Notes: generated by a model from the sequence alone, not told the origin. A stretch of DNA of 64,000 bases from Aquificota bacterium (GCA_030549905.1 JAUQQK010000007.1:2612-66611), one strand, 5' to 3'. Positions 15,563 to 25,975 are shown, counted from the stretch's first letter. Numbers and translations are program-made.

Positions 15563-16547
15563 GAGCTTATTGTATCATTTTAGTATGCTTAAAATAGGCA
15601 TCACCATAGGAGACCCAGCAGGAGTAGGACCGGAGCTGATTATAAAGCTCTCAAGGCACTTTGACCCCAACAAGGCATATGTAATATACGGAGAGAAGAA
15701 GGTGATGGAAGCGGTGCAGAGAGAGCTTGGTCTTGAGATGGACATGAGGGATATATACACCCTTGATGAGGTGACGGAGCCTGGCATATACATAGCGGAC
15801 TTAAACATAAGCGAGACGGATAGACCCCTGCCTTCTATAACTTCTGGGAAGGTGGCGGTGGCATACCTTGGTAGGGCCGTGGTGGATGCGGTCTACAAAA
15901 ACATACACGGGCTTCTTACCATGCCCATAAACAAATTCTGGGCTATGCTTGCTGGCTTTTCCTACGAGGGTCAGACAGAATTTCTGGCTCAGGCTTGTAA
16001 TGTAAAAGAGTATGCCATGCTCATGTATTCAGAAAGGTTAAGGGTGGTGCCCTTTACAACCCACATTCCTTTGAAGGAGGTGCCTGCAAGGGTAAAGCAG
16101 GAAAGTATAGTAAAAAAGCTAAAGCTGATAATAAGAGAGTTCAAAAGGCTTTTTGATTATGAGCCAAGCGTGGGCGTGCTGGGTCTTAACCCCCATGCGG
16201 GAGACAGGGGTGCCATTGGAGAGGAAGATATGAAGGAAATACTTCCTGCGGTGGAGCTTTTAAAGTCTGAAGGCTACAAGGTGGAGGGACCACTTTCACC
16301 TGACAGTGCCTTTTTAAAGGATGGATACCATGTGTTTCTTGCCATGTATCACGACCAGGGACTCATACCCTTTAAGCTCTTAAGCTTTGAAGAGGGTGTG
16401 AATATGACACTGGGTCTTCCCTTTATAAGGACATCCCCAGACCATGGGGTAGCCTACGATATAGCCTGGAAGGGCATAGCCAGCGAAAGCTCAGCTCTGA
16501 ATGCCTTAAAGCTCTGTGAAAGTCTTGTGGAAAGACTATGTCAATAA
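15561..16547 (+). CDS. pdxA: 4-hydroxythreonine-4-phosphate dehydrogenase
   Basis: PdxA motifs are present (IGITIGDPAGVGPE, GLNPHAGD, YHDQGLIP, SPDHG). The start may be the internal ATG at 15585. Confidence 0.85.
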   Translation: MSLLYHFSMLKIGITIGDPAGVGPELIIKLSRHFDPNKAYVIYGEKKVMEAVQRELGLEMDMRDIYTLDEVTEPGIYIADLNISETDRPLPSITSGKVAVAYLGRAVVDAVYKNIHGLLTMPINKFWAMLAGFSYEGQTEFLAQACNVKEYAMLMYSERLRVVPFTTHIPLKEVPARVKQESIVKKLKLIIREFKRLFDYEPSVGVLGLNPHAGDRGAIGEEDMKEILPAVELLKSEGYKVEGPLSPDSAFLKDGYHVFLAMYHDQGLIPFKLLSFEEGVNMTLGLPFIRTSPDHGVAYDIAWKGIASESSALNALKLCESLVERLCQ

Positions 16548-17992
16548 GGAAAAGGGTTGCTGTAAGCCTGATAACCTCCCTCAGCATATCCCTGTTGCTT
16601 TCCCTTTCTCTTATATACTACCTGTCCTCCAAGCTGCTAACCAGCAGGGTGATGGAAGTATACAACCTTACATATGAAAACTACAAAAAACTACTTAAGT
16701 GGGAGGAAGAGGACCTCAGGTTCCTGTCAGAAGATGGGTTAGAGTATGGAGGGCACTACTGTGTGTTTCCAGAAGAGCAAAAAGCCTGCGAAGGAAGCCC
16801 GCACTATAGAATCTATGAGGGTGGCGTTTGCTACGGCATATACAGACAGCTTAAGAAGGGTTGCTACTTTGTGGGTGTGAGCCTTGAAGAAGCCCTAAAG
16901 TTTATTGCGGACCTTATGGGTGCGGAATACTTGATTTACTATGAGCGTAAGTATGTGGGAGAGCTTGTAAAAGATTTTGATAGTTTTATAAAGGGCAAGA
17001 TAGTTATGGAGGATATGGTAATAGACAGGTTTTCATCTCAGGAACTGCTGAAACTACCACTAAGAATAGAGGGATATACGGTTTATGGAAACCTATTTAA
17101 CAAAAGACTGCTCATGGAGGTACCCATTACTAACAACAAGGGACTTATATTCGGAAGGGCTCTTCTGGTAAAAGACATCTCTTACCTTTATGAAGAAACC
17201 TTCAAAGTTTTTCTCGCCCTCTCTCTCTATTCCCTCCTGGTCTTTACCCTTCTGGGCTACGTCCTCTTCCGCATATCCTCGGGGCTTGCAAAGAGAATTA
17301 TTCTTCTGAAGGATATAACGACAGGCATAGAAGGTAGGGATTTTTCAAGGGTAAGCCTCCTTGAAAATTCGGATAAAAATTTGAAGGATGAACTTGATGA
17401 ACTAAAACACAGCATATACAATATGGCTATCAGCCTCAAGTCCGCCTTTGAAGAGCTTGAGGAAAAGAACAAGGAGCTTGAAGAGCTCGCCTACTATGAT
17501 ACATTGACGGGTCTGCCCAACAGAAGGTTTTTCTATGAGCATGCAAACCTGCTCTTTGAGAACGCAAAAAGGTATAAAACACCCATAAGCCTGCTGGTGA
17601 TGGACATAGACCACTTTAAAAAGATAAATGACACATACGGGCATGATGCAGGAGACTTAGTGCTTAAAAATTTTGCGGATATAGTCAGGAAAAACATAAG
17701 GCAGTCAGACCTGCCAGCCAGGTTTGGGGGTGAGGAATTTGTCCTTCTACTGCCCAACACGACCCTATCACAGGCGAAGGCGGTGGCGGAGAGGATAAGG
17801 AAAGCCTTTGAAAACAGCGTGGTCATATACAGGGGGCAGGAGGTTAGAACCACATTAAGCGGTGGTCTGGCGGAGTTTAGAGAAGGTATGGAAAACATAG
17901 ACGAACTTATAAGGCTGGCGGACATGGCTCTCTACAGGGCAAAGGAGCTTGACAGGAACCGGATAGAAGCCTACGAGCCTAATAAAGACTGA
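16538..17992 (+). CDS. Membrane-anchored diguanylate cyclase (GGDEF domain)
   Basis: An N-terminal TM helix, periplasmic-type sensor region and second TM helix precede a coiled coil and a C-terminal GGDEF domain (RFGGEEF). Confidence 0.85.
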   Translation: MSIRKRVAVSLITSLSISLLLSLSLIYYLSSKLLTSRVMEVYNLTYENYKKLLKWEEEDLRFLSEDGLEYGGHYCVFPEEQKACEGSPHYRIYEGGVCYGIYRQLKKGCYFVGVSLEEALKFIADLMGAEYLIYYERKYVGELVKDFDSFIKGKIVMEDMVIDRFSSQELLKLPLRIEGYTVYGNLFNKRLLMEVPITNNKGLIFGRALLVKDISYLYEETFKVFLALSLYSLLVFTLLGYVLFRISSGLAKRIILLKDITTGIEGRDFSRVSLLENSDKNLKDELDELKHSIYNMAISLKSAFEELEEKNKELEELAYYDTLTGLPNRRFFYEHANLLFENAKRYKTPISLLVMDIDHFKKINDTYGHDAGDLVLKNFADIVRKNIRQSDLPARFGGEEFVLLLPNTTLSQAKAVAERIRKAFENSVVIYRGQEVRTTLSGGLAEFREGMENIDELIRLADMALYRAKELDRNRIEAYEPNKD

Positions 17993-19427
17993 CATCAAAG
18001 GCGGGGTTTGCTAAGGCTCTGAGCATGCCTGACTTTATAGCCCTTATGAGCCTTTCGTTCATTTTTCTTTCTCTAAACCTTATAAAGTGATGGAAGAGAA
18101 CACCGCTTGCTTCAAGACCAAGCCCCCTGTCTAAAAGCAGCTTTTCGGACCAGCTTCTTATGTTAGGGTTTAGAAACCTGTTCTTGGGATTTATCTGTCT
18201 TTTCTTCTCAAGCCCCACAAACTGATAACCACAGACTGCTCCCTCCTTTAGAAAGACCTTTACAAGCTTGCCCTCCCATTCAAAGCTAAAGGATTCCTCC
18301 GCATCCTCAAAGGTCCCTCCAGAGCCTGCGGTGGCAAGCCTCGTTTTCACCGCATTGTAATCCACAAGACCTGGGTTTTTAACCCTCAGACCTGCCATGT
18401 TAAAGCCTGCTATGGCTCCTGACTGCTGGGCTGGTGGAAAGAGGGCTATCCATCTGTGATTTCCCCAAGCATCTATGCCCGAGCATATATCTCCAGCTGC
18501 ATACACATCAGGGTCAGAAGTTTGCTGGTATTCATTTACTAGTATGCCACCCACAACCCTTCCTGTGGCTTCGTTTATATGAATCTTTATGTCTGTCTCC
18601 GCCACGAGGTTTGTCCTTGGTCTTACACCTGTAGATAGTATCACCATGTCAGTCCTTATAAACCTGCTTCTGTCCGTGCCGTTTGGTCTTATCTCCACCG
18701 CCTCCACCCATCCATCTTCTCCATGTATAGCCACCACCTGATGGTTAAGGTAAAAGTGTATGCCTGCTTCCTCTAAGGGCTTCATATAACGCTCCGCCAT
18801 ATACTTGTCAAGCATTCTTGGAAGGACCCTGTCAAAGAACTCCACCACATGCACCTCAAGCCCCATATGGTGCAGGGTCTCCGCATCTTCTATGCCAATA
18901 GGTCCAGCTCCCACTATCACCACACTTTTTACCCTGCCAGAAAGAACCCACTCCCTTATCTTTTTGGCATCGTAAAGGTTCTTGGCAGTGGTCACGCCAC
19001 CAAGCTCAACACCCTGAAGGGGTGGAACAAAAGCATAAGCACCAGCTGCAAGAAGACATTTATCATAAGGAATTTCATCGCCTCCCTTTATTATAACCAC
19101 CTTCCTTCTGTTATCTATACCCACCACTTCCCTTTTGGGTCTGAAATCAACCCTGTGTTCTTCATAGAAGTCAAAGCCGCCCTTATAAAAGAGAGCTTCT
19201 TCTGATATGTCGCCCCTTATCACATTTTCCATACAGTTGGGCGCATATGTGGGAAATTCCTCATCAGACAGCACTATAATGTCTGAGTCCTTATCCACTT
19301 TTCTGAAAGCTTCTATAGCACTTGCACTGGCTGGTCCATTGCCCACTATAACCACACGCATGGAGGAAAATAATATAGCAGAAAGCATATAGTTTTTATT
19401 ATGTTCTTCTTCAGGCTTGCCACTCAT
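17979..19427 (-). CDS. FAD-dependent pyridine nucleotide-disulfide oxidoreductase (Nox/CoADR/NSR-like)
   Basis: Two Rossmann motifs are present (VVIVGNGPAS, VVIVGAGPIG), with a single candidate redox Cys (YAPNCMEN). The likely true start is the ATG at 19361 (MRVVIVG). Confidence 0.75.
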   Translation of the reverse strand: MSGKPEEEHNKNYMLSAILFSSMRVVIVGNGPASASAIEAFRKVDKDSDIIVLSDEEFPTYAPNCMENVIRGDISEEALFYKGGFDFYEEHRVDFRPKREVVGIDNRRKVVIIKGGDEIPYDKCLLAAGAYAFVPPLQGVELGGVTTAKNLYDAKKIREWVLSGRVKSVVIVGAGPIGIEDAETLHHMGLEVHVVEFFDRVLPRMLDKYMAERYMKPLEEAGIHFYLNHQVVAIHGEDGWVEAVEIRPNGTDRSRFIRTDMVILSTGVRPRTNLVAETDIKIHINEATGRVVGGILVNEYQQTSDPDVYAAGDICSGIDAWGNHRWIALFPPAQQSGAIAGFNMAGLRVKNPGLVDYNAVKTRLATAGSGGTFEDAEESFSFEWEGKLVKVFLKEGAVCGYQFVGLEKKRQINPKNRFLNPNIRSWSEKLLLDRGLGLEASGVLFHHFIRFRERKMNERLIRAIKSGMLRALANPAFDVSLY

Positions 19428-19451
19428 GAAGAGGTAGGGTTTTACAACGGT

Positions 19452-19997
19452 GTGGTCTATGCTGTGCAGGATACCTTTCTGAAGGTCTTTTTTGAAAGGC
19501 TTGGAGACATTTTTCGCCTGACAGGTGGCACTGCCCTCTCAAGGTTTTATCTGAAACACAGGCTCTCTTAAGGCTTAGACCTCTTTACAGAAAGCACAGA
19601 CCTCTTTACGAAGGGGCACATAGACAGGCTATTAGCCATCGTAGGAGAAGACCTGAAAAGGTTTGAGCTTGACATGAGGGTGGAGGGCAGAGCTCCTTTC
19701 TACAGAAGGCTGTCTGTGGGACGTGAAAACTTAAGCTTCAGAATAGACCTTTCTGTAGATAAGTTCCTTTCTGACCCTGTCAGGACACAGGAGGGTTTTC
19801 TTATAGACAGCCTTGAAAATATAGCGGTCAACAAGCTGATAGCCTTTGAAGACAGGGCGGAGATAAAGGACCTTATGGACATGCTCTTTCTTGAAAGGGA
19901 GGGCTTTTCCCTTGACAGGCTGTTAGAGCTGGCAGATGAGAAGGGGGTGTCTGTTCCCCACGAGGAGCTTTTTACCATAAACCAGCATGGTCTCTGA
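19452..19997 (+). pseudogene. AbiEii/AbiGii-type nucleotidyltransferase toxin gene, disrupted
   Basis: One frame reads FRLTGGTALSRFYLKHRLS*GLDLFT. The family motif (GGTAL...R.S.D.D.F) is interrupted by TAA at 19569-19571. No proper N-terminus is present and there is no AbiEi partner gene. Confidence 0.6.
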
Positions 19998-20593
19998 AAC
20001 TGGTTGTATTTTTTACTGACAATTGAGGCAAGCGTGTTATATTCCTCCCCGTAGAGCTATTATATTATGCTGATGTTAATGTGAGCGAAGCGAAAAGCGC
20101 CGTAAGCTGTGCTTACTGGGTAAATAGCTCCCATTTACACAACATTGGCAAAGCCCTTGTCAGACAGGTGGAGGAGTTTTTTAAAAACCTGTCTGATGAG
20201 CGGAGCAGACGCCTTAGGAGTAAGGCCCGGGGCTTGCTCGCTCAGAACTCCTGTTTTGGAGTTTTGGGTGATAATCCCAAACCCGATGCGTGGGCAGATG
20301 TCTATAAATGAGATATCTGTCTATACAAAGAGATACTCTGACAGGCTTTGCCCTGCTTCTGAAGGATGTGAGCGGGCAGGAGCTGGAGGAGTTCTTTGAG
20401 AGGATTAAACAAAAACTTTTTGAAAACATTTAAAAAAGGTCTCTCAGATAGAGGCTTAAAGGCTTGTGAGGCTTCTCCTGTGGGACGCACCCCGGAGGAA
20501 AGGAAAGTAAGCCCCCTTAGCCTGTCCCTTTTGAAAAGAAGGGCAGAAAAGCTTTCCTTACCAAACAGGACAGCCCTTGAAAGGTATATAAGT

Positions 20594-22054
20594 TCATTTC
20601 TCGCTTAGCTTCATTATGTATTCAAGGCATGTCCTTACACCATAACCCGTGCCACCTTTAGAATAGTAAGCAAACTCCTCCCTCAGGTGTGCGGGACCTG
20701 CTATGTCTAAATGCACCCACTTTATGCCTTCACCCACAAACTCCTCAAGGAACATGGCGGCTGTTATGGCTCCTCCGTACCTTCCTCCCGAGTTCAGCAC
20801 ATCTCCTTCTCCCTTTTTTATCTTTTCTCTGAGCCTTCTATCATCCATGGGCAGCTTCCACATGCGCTCTCCCGTAAGCTTAGAAATTTCAAGAAGCTCA
20901 TCACCAAAGGCATCATCGTTTGTAAAAAGTCCTGCCGTGTATTCACCAAGGGCTACCATGCAGGCACCTGTGAGGGTTGCCATGTCTATTATCCTTGAAA
21001 CACCAAGGTTTGAGGCGTAAGAAAGAGCATCTGCCAGGGTCACCCTTCCCTCTGCATCCGTGTTGTCTATTTCAATGGTTTTGCCGTTCATAGCCCTAAT
21101 GATGTCGTCGGGTCGGTAGGCGGTTCCGCTGGGCATGTTCTCCGCAGCACCAAAAATACCATGCACCTCCACCCGAGGCTTCAGTTGAGCAAGGGCTTTC
21201 ATAATACCTATAACCGCGCAGGCACCGGATTTGTCCATTTTCATGGTCCTCATGTAATCGCCCGTCTTTATATTCAGTCCTCCGCTGTCAAAGGTAAGAC
21301 CCTTTCCCACTATGGCTATTTTTTCCTTCGGCTCTCCTTCAGGTTTATAGACCATATGCACAAACCTCGGAGGTGTGGCAGAACCCTTCCCTACACTCCA
21401 CAGGGCATACATGCCCATCTCCTGTATTTCCTTCTCATCATAAACCCTGCACTCAAGCCCGTGTTCCTGAGCCACCTTTTGAGCAAGCTCCGCAAGGCTT
21501 ATGGGGTTTATCACATTGCCCGGCTCATTTACAATATCTCTTGTAAAGTTCTGAGCTTCTGCAAAGACCCTCCCAACCCTTATGCCCTCCTCGTCTGCAC
21601 CGTGTATGTGTAGGCTTTCAAGCTCCGTGCTGTTCTCCTCTTCCTTCTTGGTCTTATACTTGTCAAAGCGGTAGCTTCCAAGGATAGCACCTTCGGTAAT
21701 AGCCTTGCTGAGCCTGTAGTTTAGCTTGCCCGCAAAGAGATAAAGAGACTTTACCCTGTCCTTGCGAGCCTTCTTTGCAAGCAAGGCGGAAGCTATCCTG
21801 TATGAATCCTCCCCTGTCCTGTCCTTCTTGCCAAGCCCCACCGCATAAAAGACCCTTACCACATCACCCACAAGCAAGCTCACCTTTGCAAGGCTTTCCT
21901 CTTTGCCCTTGAAGTTCTCCACCTCAAGAAGCCTTTTAACAGCTTCTTTCAGCTCACCAAGAAAGTCAAGGTTTGAAAGGTCATCTTCAAAAAGGAAAAG
22001 GGCTACAGGCTCATTGACTTCCTGCATGCTAAAGGTTGCGCTCCTGACCTCCAT
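20594..22054 (-). CDS. pepA: Leucyl aminopeptidase (M17)
   Basis: M17 signatures are present (VGKGLTFDSGG, NTDAEGRVTLAD). Confidence 0.9.
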   Translation of the reverse strand: MEVRSATFSMQEVNEPVALFLFEDDLSNLDFLGELKEAVKRLLEVENFKGKEESLAKVSLLVGDVVRVFYAVGLGKKDRTGEDSYRIASALLAKKARKDRVKSLYLFAGKLNYRLSKAITEGAILGSYRFDKYKTKKEEENSTELESLHIHGADEEGIRVGRVFAEAQNFTRDIVNEPGNVINPISLAELAQKVAQEHGLECRVYDEKEIQEMGMYALWSVGKGSATPPRFVHMVYKPEGEPKEKIAIVGKGLTFDSGGLNIKTGDYMRTMKMDKSGACAVIGIMKALAQLKPRVEVHGIFGAAENMPSGTAYRPDDIIRAMNGKTIEIDNTDAEGRVTLADALSYASNLGVSRIIDMATLTGACMVALGEYTAGLFTNDDAFGDELLEISKLTGERMWKLPMDDRRLREKIKKGEGDVLNSGGRYGGAITAAMFLEEFVGEGIKWVHLDIAGPAHLREEFAYYSKGGTGYGVRTCLEYIMKLSEK

Positions 22055-22065
22055 GAGAACCTCCT

Positions 22066-22641
22066 TTATTCCTCCTCCTGTCCCACGCCCTCCCTTTTGA
22101 GGGCCACCTTACCAGTCCTTGCCATCTCCTTTATTCCGAAGGGCTTTACCAGTTCTATAAAGGCATTAAGCTTGTCCTCCGTGCCCGTTATCTCCACCGT
22201 GTAGGTATCCGGAGACACATCCACAATCCTGCCCCTGAATATCTCTGTAAGCCTTAATACTTCATCTCTTGCCCTTGGCGTGGCGGTATGTACCTTTATG
22301 AGGGCAAGCTCCCTCTCCACATGTGGTGTGTCTGTCAGGTCCTTTACCTTAAGGGTGTCTATCAACTTTCTCAGCTGTTTTACCACCTGGTCTATTACCA
22401 CATCGTCGCCTATCACCTCAAGGGTCATACGGGATATGCCCTTCTCGTGGGTCTCACCCACCGAAAGACCCTCTATGTTGTAGCCCTTACCCGCTATAAG
22501 AGTGGCTATGCGAGCCAGCACACCCAGCTCGTTCCTCACGGTAAGGGTTATTATGTGCCGTCTTACCTCGCCCTTTTTAACTTCTCTAAAGAGGGGAGCC
22601 TTTACCGTGCTTAGCTGTGAAGCACCGATAGTATCAGCCAT
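22066..22641 (-). CDS. ilvH: Acetolactate synthase small (regulatory) subunit
   Basis: The ORF has an ACT domain (ITLTVRNELGVLARI) and lies directly downstream of ilvB. Confidence 0.9.
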   Translation of the reverse strand: MADTIGASQLSTVKAPLFREVKKGEVRRHIITLTVRNELGVLARIATLIAGKGYNIEGLSVGETHEKGISRMTLEVIGDDVVIDQVVKQLRKLIDTLKVKDLTDTPHVERELALIKVHTATPRARDEVLRLTEIFRGRIVDVSPDTYTVEITGTEDKLNAFIELVKPFGIKEMARTGKVALKREGVGQEEE

Positions 22642-22667
22642 TTTAGACCTCCGATAAAAGATTACCT

Positions 22668-24428
22668 TTATCCAACCAGATACATGGTCTCTGCTTCTAC
22701 CGCTTTCTTTCCATCTTCCAGTATCATATCCCTGTAGGATTTTCCTGCGGGCACCATGGGAAGCACGTTTTCCTCCCTGTCCACATGGAAGTCCAGTATA
22801 ACGGGTCTGTCATCTATCCTGAGGGCCTCTTCTATTATCTCTCTAACATCTGAAGGCTTTTCCGCCCTGAAACCTACAGCACCAAAGGCTTCCGCAAGCT
22901 TGACAAAGTCTGGCTGGACGGTAAGATCCACCTCCGAGTATCTCCTGTCATAGAAAAGCTCCTGCCACTGACGGACCATGCCAAGGTATCCGTTATTTAT
23001 TATAGCCACCTTTACGGGCACCCTGTACTGGACTGCGGTGGCAAGCTCCTGCATGGTCATCATAAAGGAACCATCTCCATCTATGACAAAAACCTCTCTT
23101 TCTGGACGCCCCAGCTTGGCACCTATGCCCGCCGGGAAGCCAAAGCCCATAGTACCAAGACCGCCAGAGTTTATAAACTGCCTTGGGAAGGAGTATTTGT
23201 AGAACATGGCTGACCACATCTGATGCTGTCCAACGCCGGTGGCTATTATAGCCCCACCCTTTGTAGCCTCATATATCTGCTCTATCACATACTGAGGTTT
23301 TATAACCTTGTCAGACCTTCTGTAGGTGAGGGGGTGTTTTCTTTTCCACTCTTCTACCTGTTCTATCCATCTGTGCCTTTCTTCAGGAAACAGTATCTTT
23401 GCTCCCTCTCTTCTTAGCTCTTCTAAGAGCTTTCTGAGCACAATCTTTACATCACCCACTATAGGTACATCTACCACTATGTTCTTTGAGATGGAGGCTG
23501 GGTCTATGTCTATGTGTATTATCTTTGCCTGAGGAGCAAACTCCTCTATCTTACCGGTGACCCTGTCGTCAAACCTTGCACCCACAGCAATAAGTAGGTC
23601 GCAGTTATATACGGCCATGTTAGCATAGTAAGTGCCATGCATTCCGAGCATGTGGAGGGCAAGGGGGTGGTTTTCTGGAAAGGCTCCTTTGCCCATGTTG
23701 GTGGTGGCAACGGGTATTTTCATAAGCTCCGCCAGCTCTACAAGCTCCTTCTGAGCCTCCGACTGAACCGCACCACCACCCACATAAAGCACAGGCCTTT
23801 TTGCCTCCATTATAAGCCTTATGGCTTTCCTTATCTGCTGCAGGTTGCCTTCCACGTGGGGCTTATAGCCGGGCAAGGACTCCTTTACCTCTTCAGGAGT
23901 AGGTATTCCCACGTCGCTGAGCTTCTGGGTTATATCCTTGGGAATGTCCACTAAGACGGGTCCGGGTCTTCCAGTCCTTGCTATGTAGAAGGCCTGACGA
24001 AGTATAAGTGGAAGGTCTTCTATCCTTTTTACAAGGAAGTTATGCTTGGTTATGGGTCTGGTTATACCCACAATATCCACCTCCTGAAAGGCATCGTTGC
24101 CTATGAGGTGTGTGGGTACCTGACCCGTTATGAAAACAACAGGCACCGAGTCCATGTAGGCGTCTGCTATGGCGGTCACTAAGTTTGTGGCACCTGGTCC
24201 AGAGGTGGACATGGCTACACCCACCTTACCAGTAGCCTTGGCATAGCCCTCCGCCATATGACCCGCACCCTGTTCATGCCTTGCCAGTATATGCCTTATG
24301 CCCCCAAGCCTGTACAGGGCATCGTAAACCTCCATTATGGCACCGCCCGGATGTCCAAAGACATACTCCACACCCTCTTCTTTAAGCACCTCTATCACAA
24401 TATCCGCGCCTTTGCGTAGCATTATCAT
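22668..24428 (-). CDS. ilvB: Acetolactate synthase large subunit
   Basis: This 586-aa ORF is a ThDP enzyme with the GDGSF(MM) motif and AHAS-like sequence throughout. Confidence 0.9.
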   Translation of the reverse strand: MIMLRKGADIVIEVLKEEGVEYVFGHPGGAIMEVYDALYRLGGIRHILARHEQGAGHMAEGYAKATGKVGVAMSTSGPGATNLVTAIADAYMDSVPVVFITGQVPTHLIGNDAFQEVDIVGITRPITKHNFLVKRIEDLPLILRQAFYIARTGRPGPVLVDIPKDITQKLSDVGIPTPEEVKESLPGYKPHVEGNLQQIRKAIRLIMEAKRPVLYVGGGAVQSEAQKELVELAELMKIPVATTNMGKGAFPENHPLALHMLGMHGTYYANMAVYNCDLLIAVGARFDDRVTGKIEEFAPQAKIIHIDIDPASISKNIVVDVPIVGDVKIVLRKLLEELRREGAKILFPEERHRWIEQVEEWKRKHPLTYRRSDKVIKPQYVIEQIYEATKGGAIIATGVGQHQMWSAMFYKYSFPRQFINSGGLGTMGFGFPAGIGAKLGRPEREVFVIDGDGSFMMTMQELATAVQYRVPVKVAIINNGYLGMVRQWQELFYDRRYSEVDLTVQPDFVKLAEAFGAVGFRAEKPSDVREIIEEALRIDDRPVILDFHVDREENVLPMVPAGKSYRDMILEDGKKAVEAETMYLVG

Positions 24429-24566
24429 ACCTCCAGACCTTTGATAAGAGTATAAAATATAAGAAGATCGTTAAAAAAGTGTTAGGGTTCTTAAAAAGTA
24501 AGGAATATTTTGAATATGCTAATAAGCTTATATAAGAGGGGCTTATTCAGCCTTTAAGAGAACTTA

Positions 24567-24595
24567 TTGACTTGATTAACTTGTTGATATATAAT
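24567..24595 (+). promoter_or_regulatory. Near-consensus sigma70 promoter (TTGACT-17-TATAAT) for the first fccB-like gene
   Basis: The -35 box is at 24567-24572 and the -10 box at 24590-24595. GGAGG lies at 24616-24620, 6 nt before the ATG at 24627. Confidence 0.55.
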
Positions 24596-24626
24596 CCTAA
24601 TCAAATCCTTTGAAGGGAGGTTGAAA

Positions 24627-25946
24627 ATGCTTAGCAGAAGAGACCTTTTAAAATCCGCAGGAGTAGGGGCTTTAGCCTTGGGCGTTTCTTCACAGCCCGT
24701 TTTCGCCGCTGCCGAGAAGGTGGTGAAGATGGACGCCATGCTTCCACCGCCAAAGGGCAACAGGGTTGTAATATGCGGTGGTGGATGGGCTGGGCTGACA
24801 GTAGCCAAGTACCTCAAGAAGGAAAACCCAAACATAGAGGTTATCCTTATTGAGAAGAGGCCAAACTTCTTCTCCTGCCCCATATCCAATCAGTGGCTAG
24901 CAGACCTTGTGAGCTTGGATTTTCTTTCCCATGACTACAACCAGCCAGCTTCCAAGTATGGCTACAAGTTTATAAACGCAGTGGTCATAGGCATAGAAAG
25001 GGACAAAAAGAGGGTCTATACTCCCCACGGCTACATAGAATACAACTACCTGGTGCTTGCACCCGGCATAAAGTACAACTATAAGGCTTGGTTTGGAGAC
25101 AACAAGGACATGATAAACTACACCAGAGTGCATTATCCAGCGGCATTCATACCAGGTTCTGAACACTTGGCCTTGAAGAGAAAGGTTCATGAGTTTGAAG
25201 AGGGAGACTTTATAATCACCGTACCTCCGGGAGCCTACAGATGCCCACCAGCGCCTTATGAGAGGGCTTGCATGATAGCAGAAGTCTTTAAGAGAAACAA
25301 GGTAAAGGGAAGGGTAATCATACTTGACCCCAAGGATGACATAGCTCCAAAGGGTCCAGGCTTTAGGGCAGCTTATGAGCAGGTTTATCTTGGTATAGTG
25401 GAGTATGTGCCGAAGGCAAGCATAAAAGAGGTGGACCCTGTAAAGAAGATAATAAAGACCACTGCGGGAGACTTTAAGTTTGCCGATGCCAACCTTGTGC
25501 CACCACACCAGGCGGGAGAGCTTGTTTGGATGGCAGACCTTATAGCAAAGGACAAGGATGGTAAGCCTACCGGCTGGGCAGACCAAGACCCTCTAACCTT
25601 CCAAGCAAAATCCGACCCCAATGTCTTTTTGGTGGGAGATGTTATAGGTGGAGTGCCTTATCCAAAGAGCGGACATATGGGCAACTCGCAAGGTAAGATA
25701 GTGGCAAAGATAATTGCCTCAAGGATAGCTGGCAAAGAATACAAGCCCACTCTTCCAGACAACACTTGCTACTCCATGGTGAACGGATCGCCTCAGGAAG
25801 CTATAGTTATAAACGTGACCTACGATTACAACGAGAAGGAAAAGAAAATAACTCCAAAGCCAAAGGTGATAAACGAAAGATCCGAAGCCTTGGCAAAGGC
25901 TACCTATGAATGGGCAAGGTCTATGTATAAGGACATGTTTGCATAA
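24627..25946 (+). CDS. fccB: Flavocytochrome-c-sulfide-dehydrogenase-type flavoprotein (FccB/SoxF-like), Tat-exported, paralog 1
   Basis: The product has a Tat signal (SRRDLLK), an FAD Rossmann motif (VVICGGGWAG), FFSCPISN (the position of the covalent-FAD Cys in FCSD), and redox cysteines in YRCPPAPYERA and NTCYSMV. Confidence 0.8.
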   Translation: MLSRRDLLKSAGVGALALGVSSQPVFAAAEKVVKMDAMLPPPKGNRVVICGGGWAGLTVAKYLKKENPNIEVILIEKRPNFFSCPISNQWLADLVSLDFLSHDYNQPASKYGYKFINAVVIGIERDKKRVYTPHGYIEYNYLVLAPGIKYNYKAWFGDNKDMINYTRVHYPAAFIPGSEHLALKRKVHEFEEGDFIITVPPGAYRCPPAPYERACMIAEVFKRNKVKGRVIILDPKDDIAPKGPGFRAAYEQVYLGIVEYVPKASIKEVDPVKKIIKTTAGDFKFADANLVPPHQAGELVWMADLIAKDKDGKPTGWADQDPLTFQAKSDPNVFLVGDVIGGVPYPKSGHMGNSQGKIVAKIIASRIAGKEYKPTLPDNTCYSMVNGSPQEAIVINVTYDYNEKEKKITPKPKVINERSEALAKATYEWARSMYKDMFA

Positions 25947-25950
25947 TCTT

Positions 25951-25975
25951 AAGGGGGCTTTGCCCCCTATTTGCA
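25951..25975 (+). terminator. Rho-independent terminator after fccB paralog 1
   Basis: A GGGGGC-TTT-GCCCCC hairpin (25953-25967) is followed by TATTTG. Confidence 0.6.

Noticed and set aside
20193-20200. CUGAUGAG, the conserved hammerhead ribozyme core box
   Set aside because: The required downstream GAAA box, a stem II of appropriate geometry and a cleavage-site helix are all absent. The octamer is simply part of the 3' arm and tail of the 9-bp hairpin.
24897-25586. 229-aa minus-strand ORF, and similar long antisense ORFs (9579-10064, 21161-21613, 29237-29824, 33516-33893)
   Set aside because: All lie entirely antisense within genes that have strong motif support (fccB, rtcB, pepA, argJ, the coiled-coil gene). 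They have biased S/L/P/C-rich compositions and no start context, so they are shadow ORFs.
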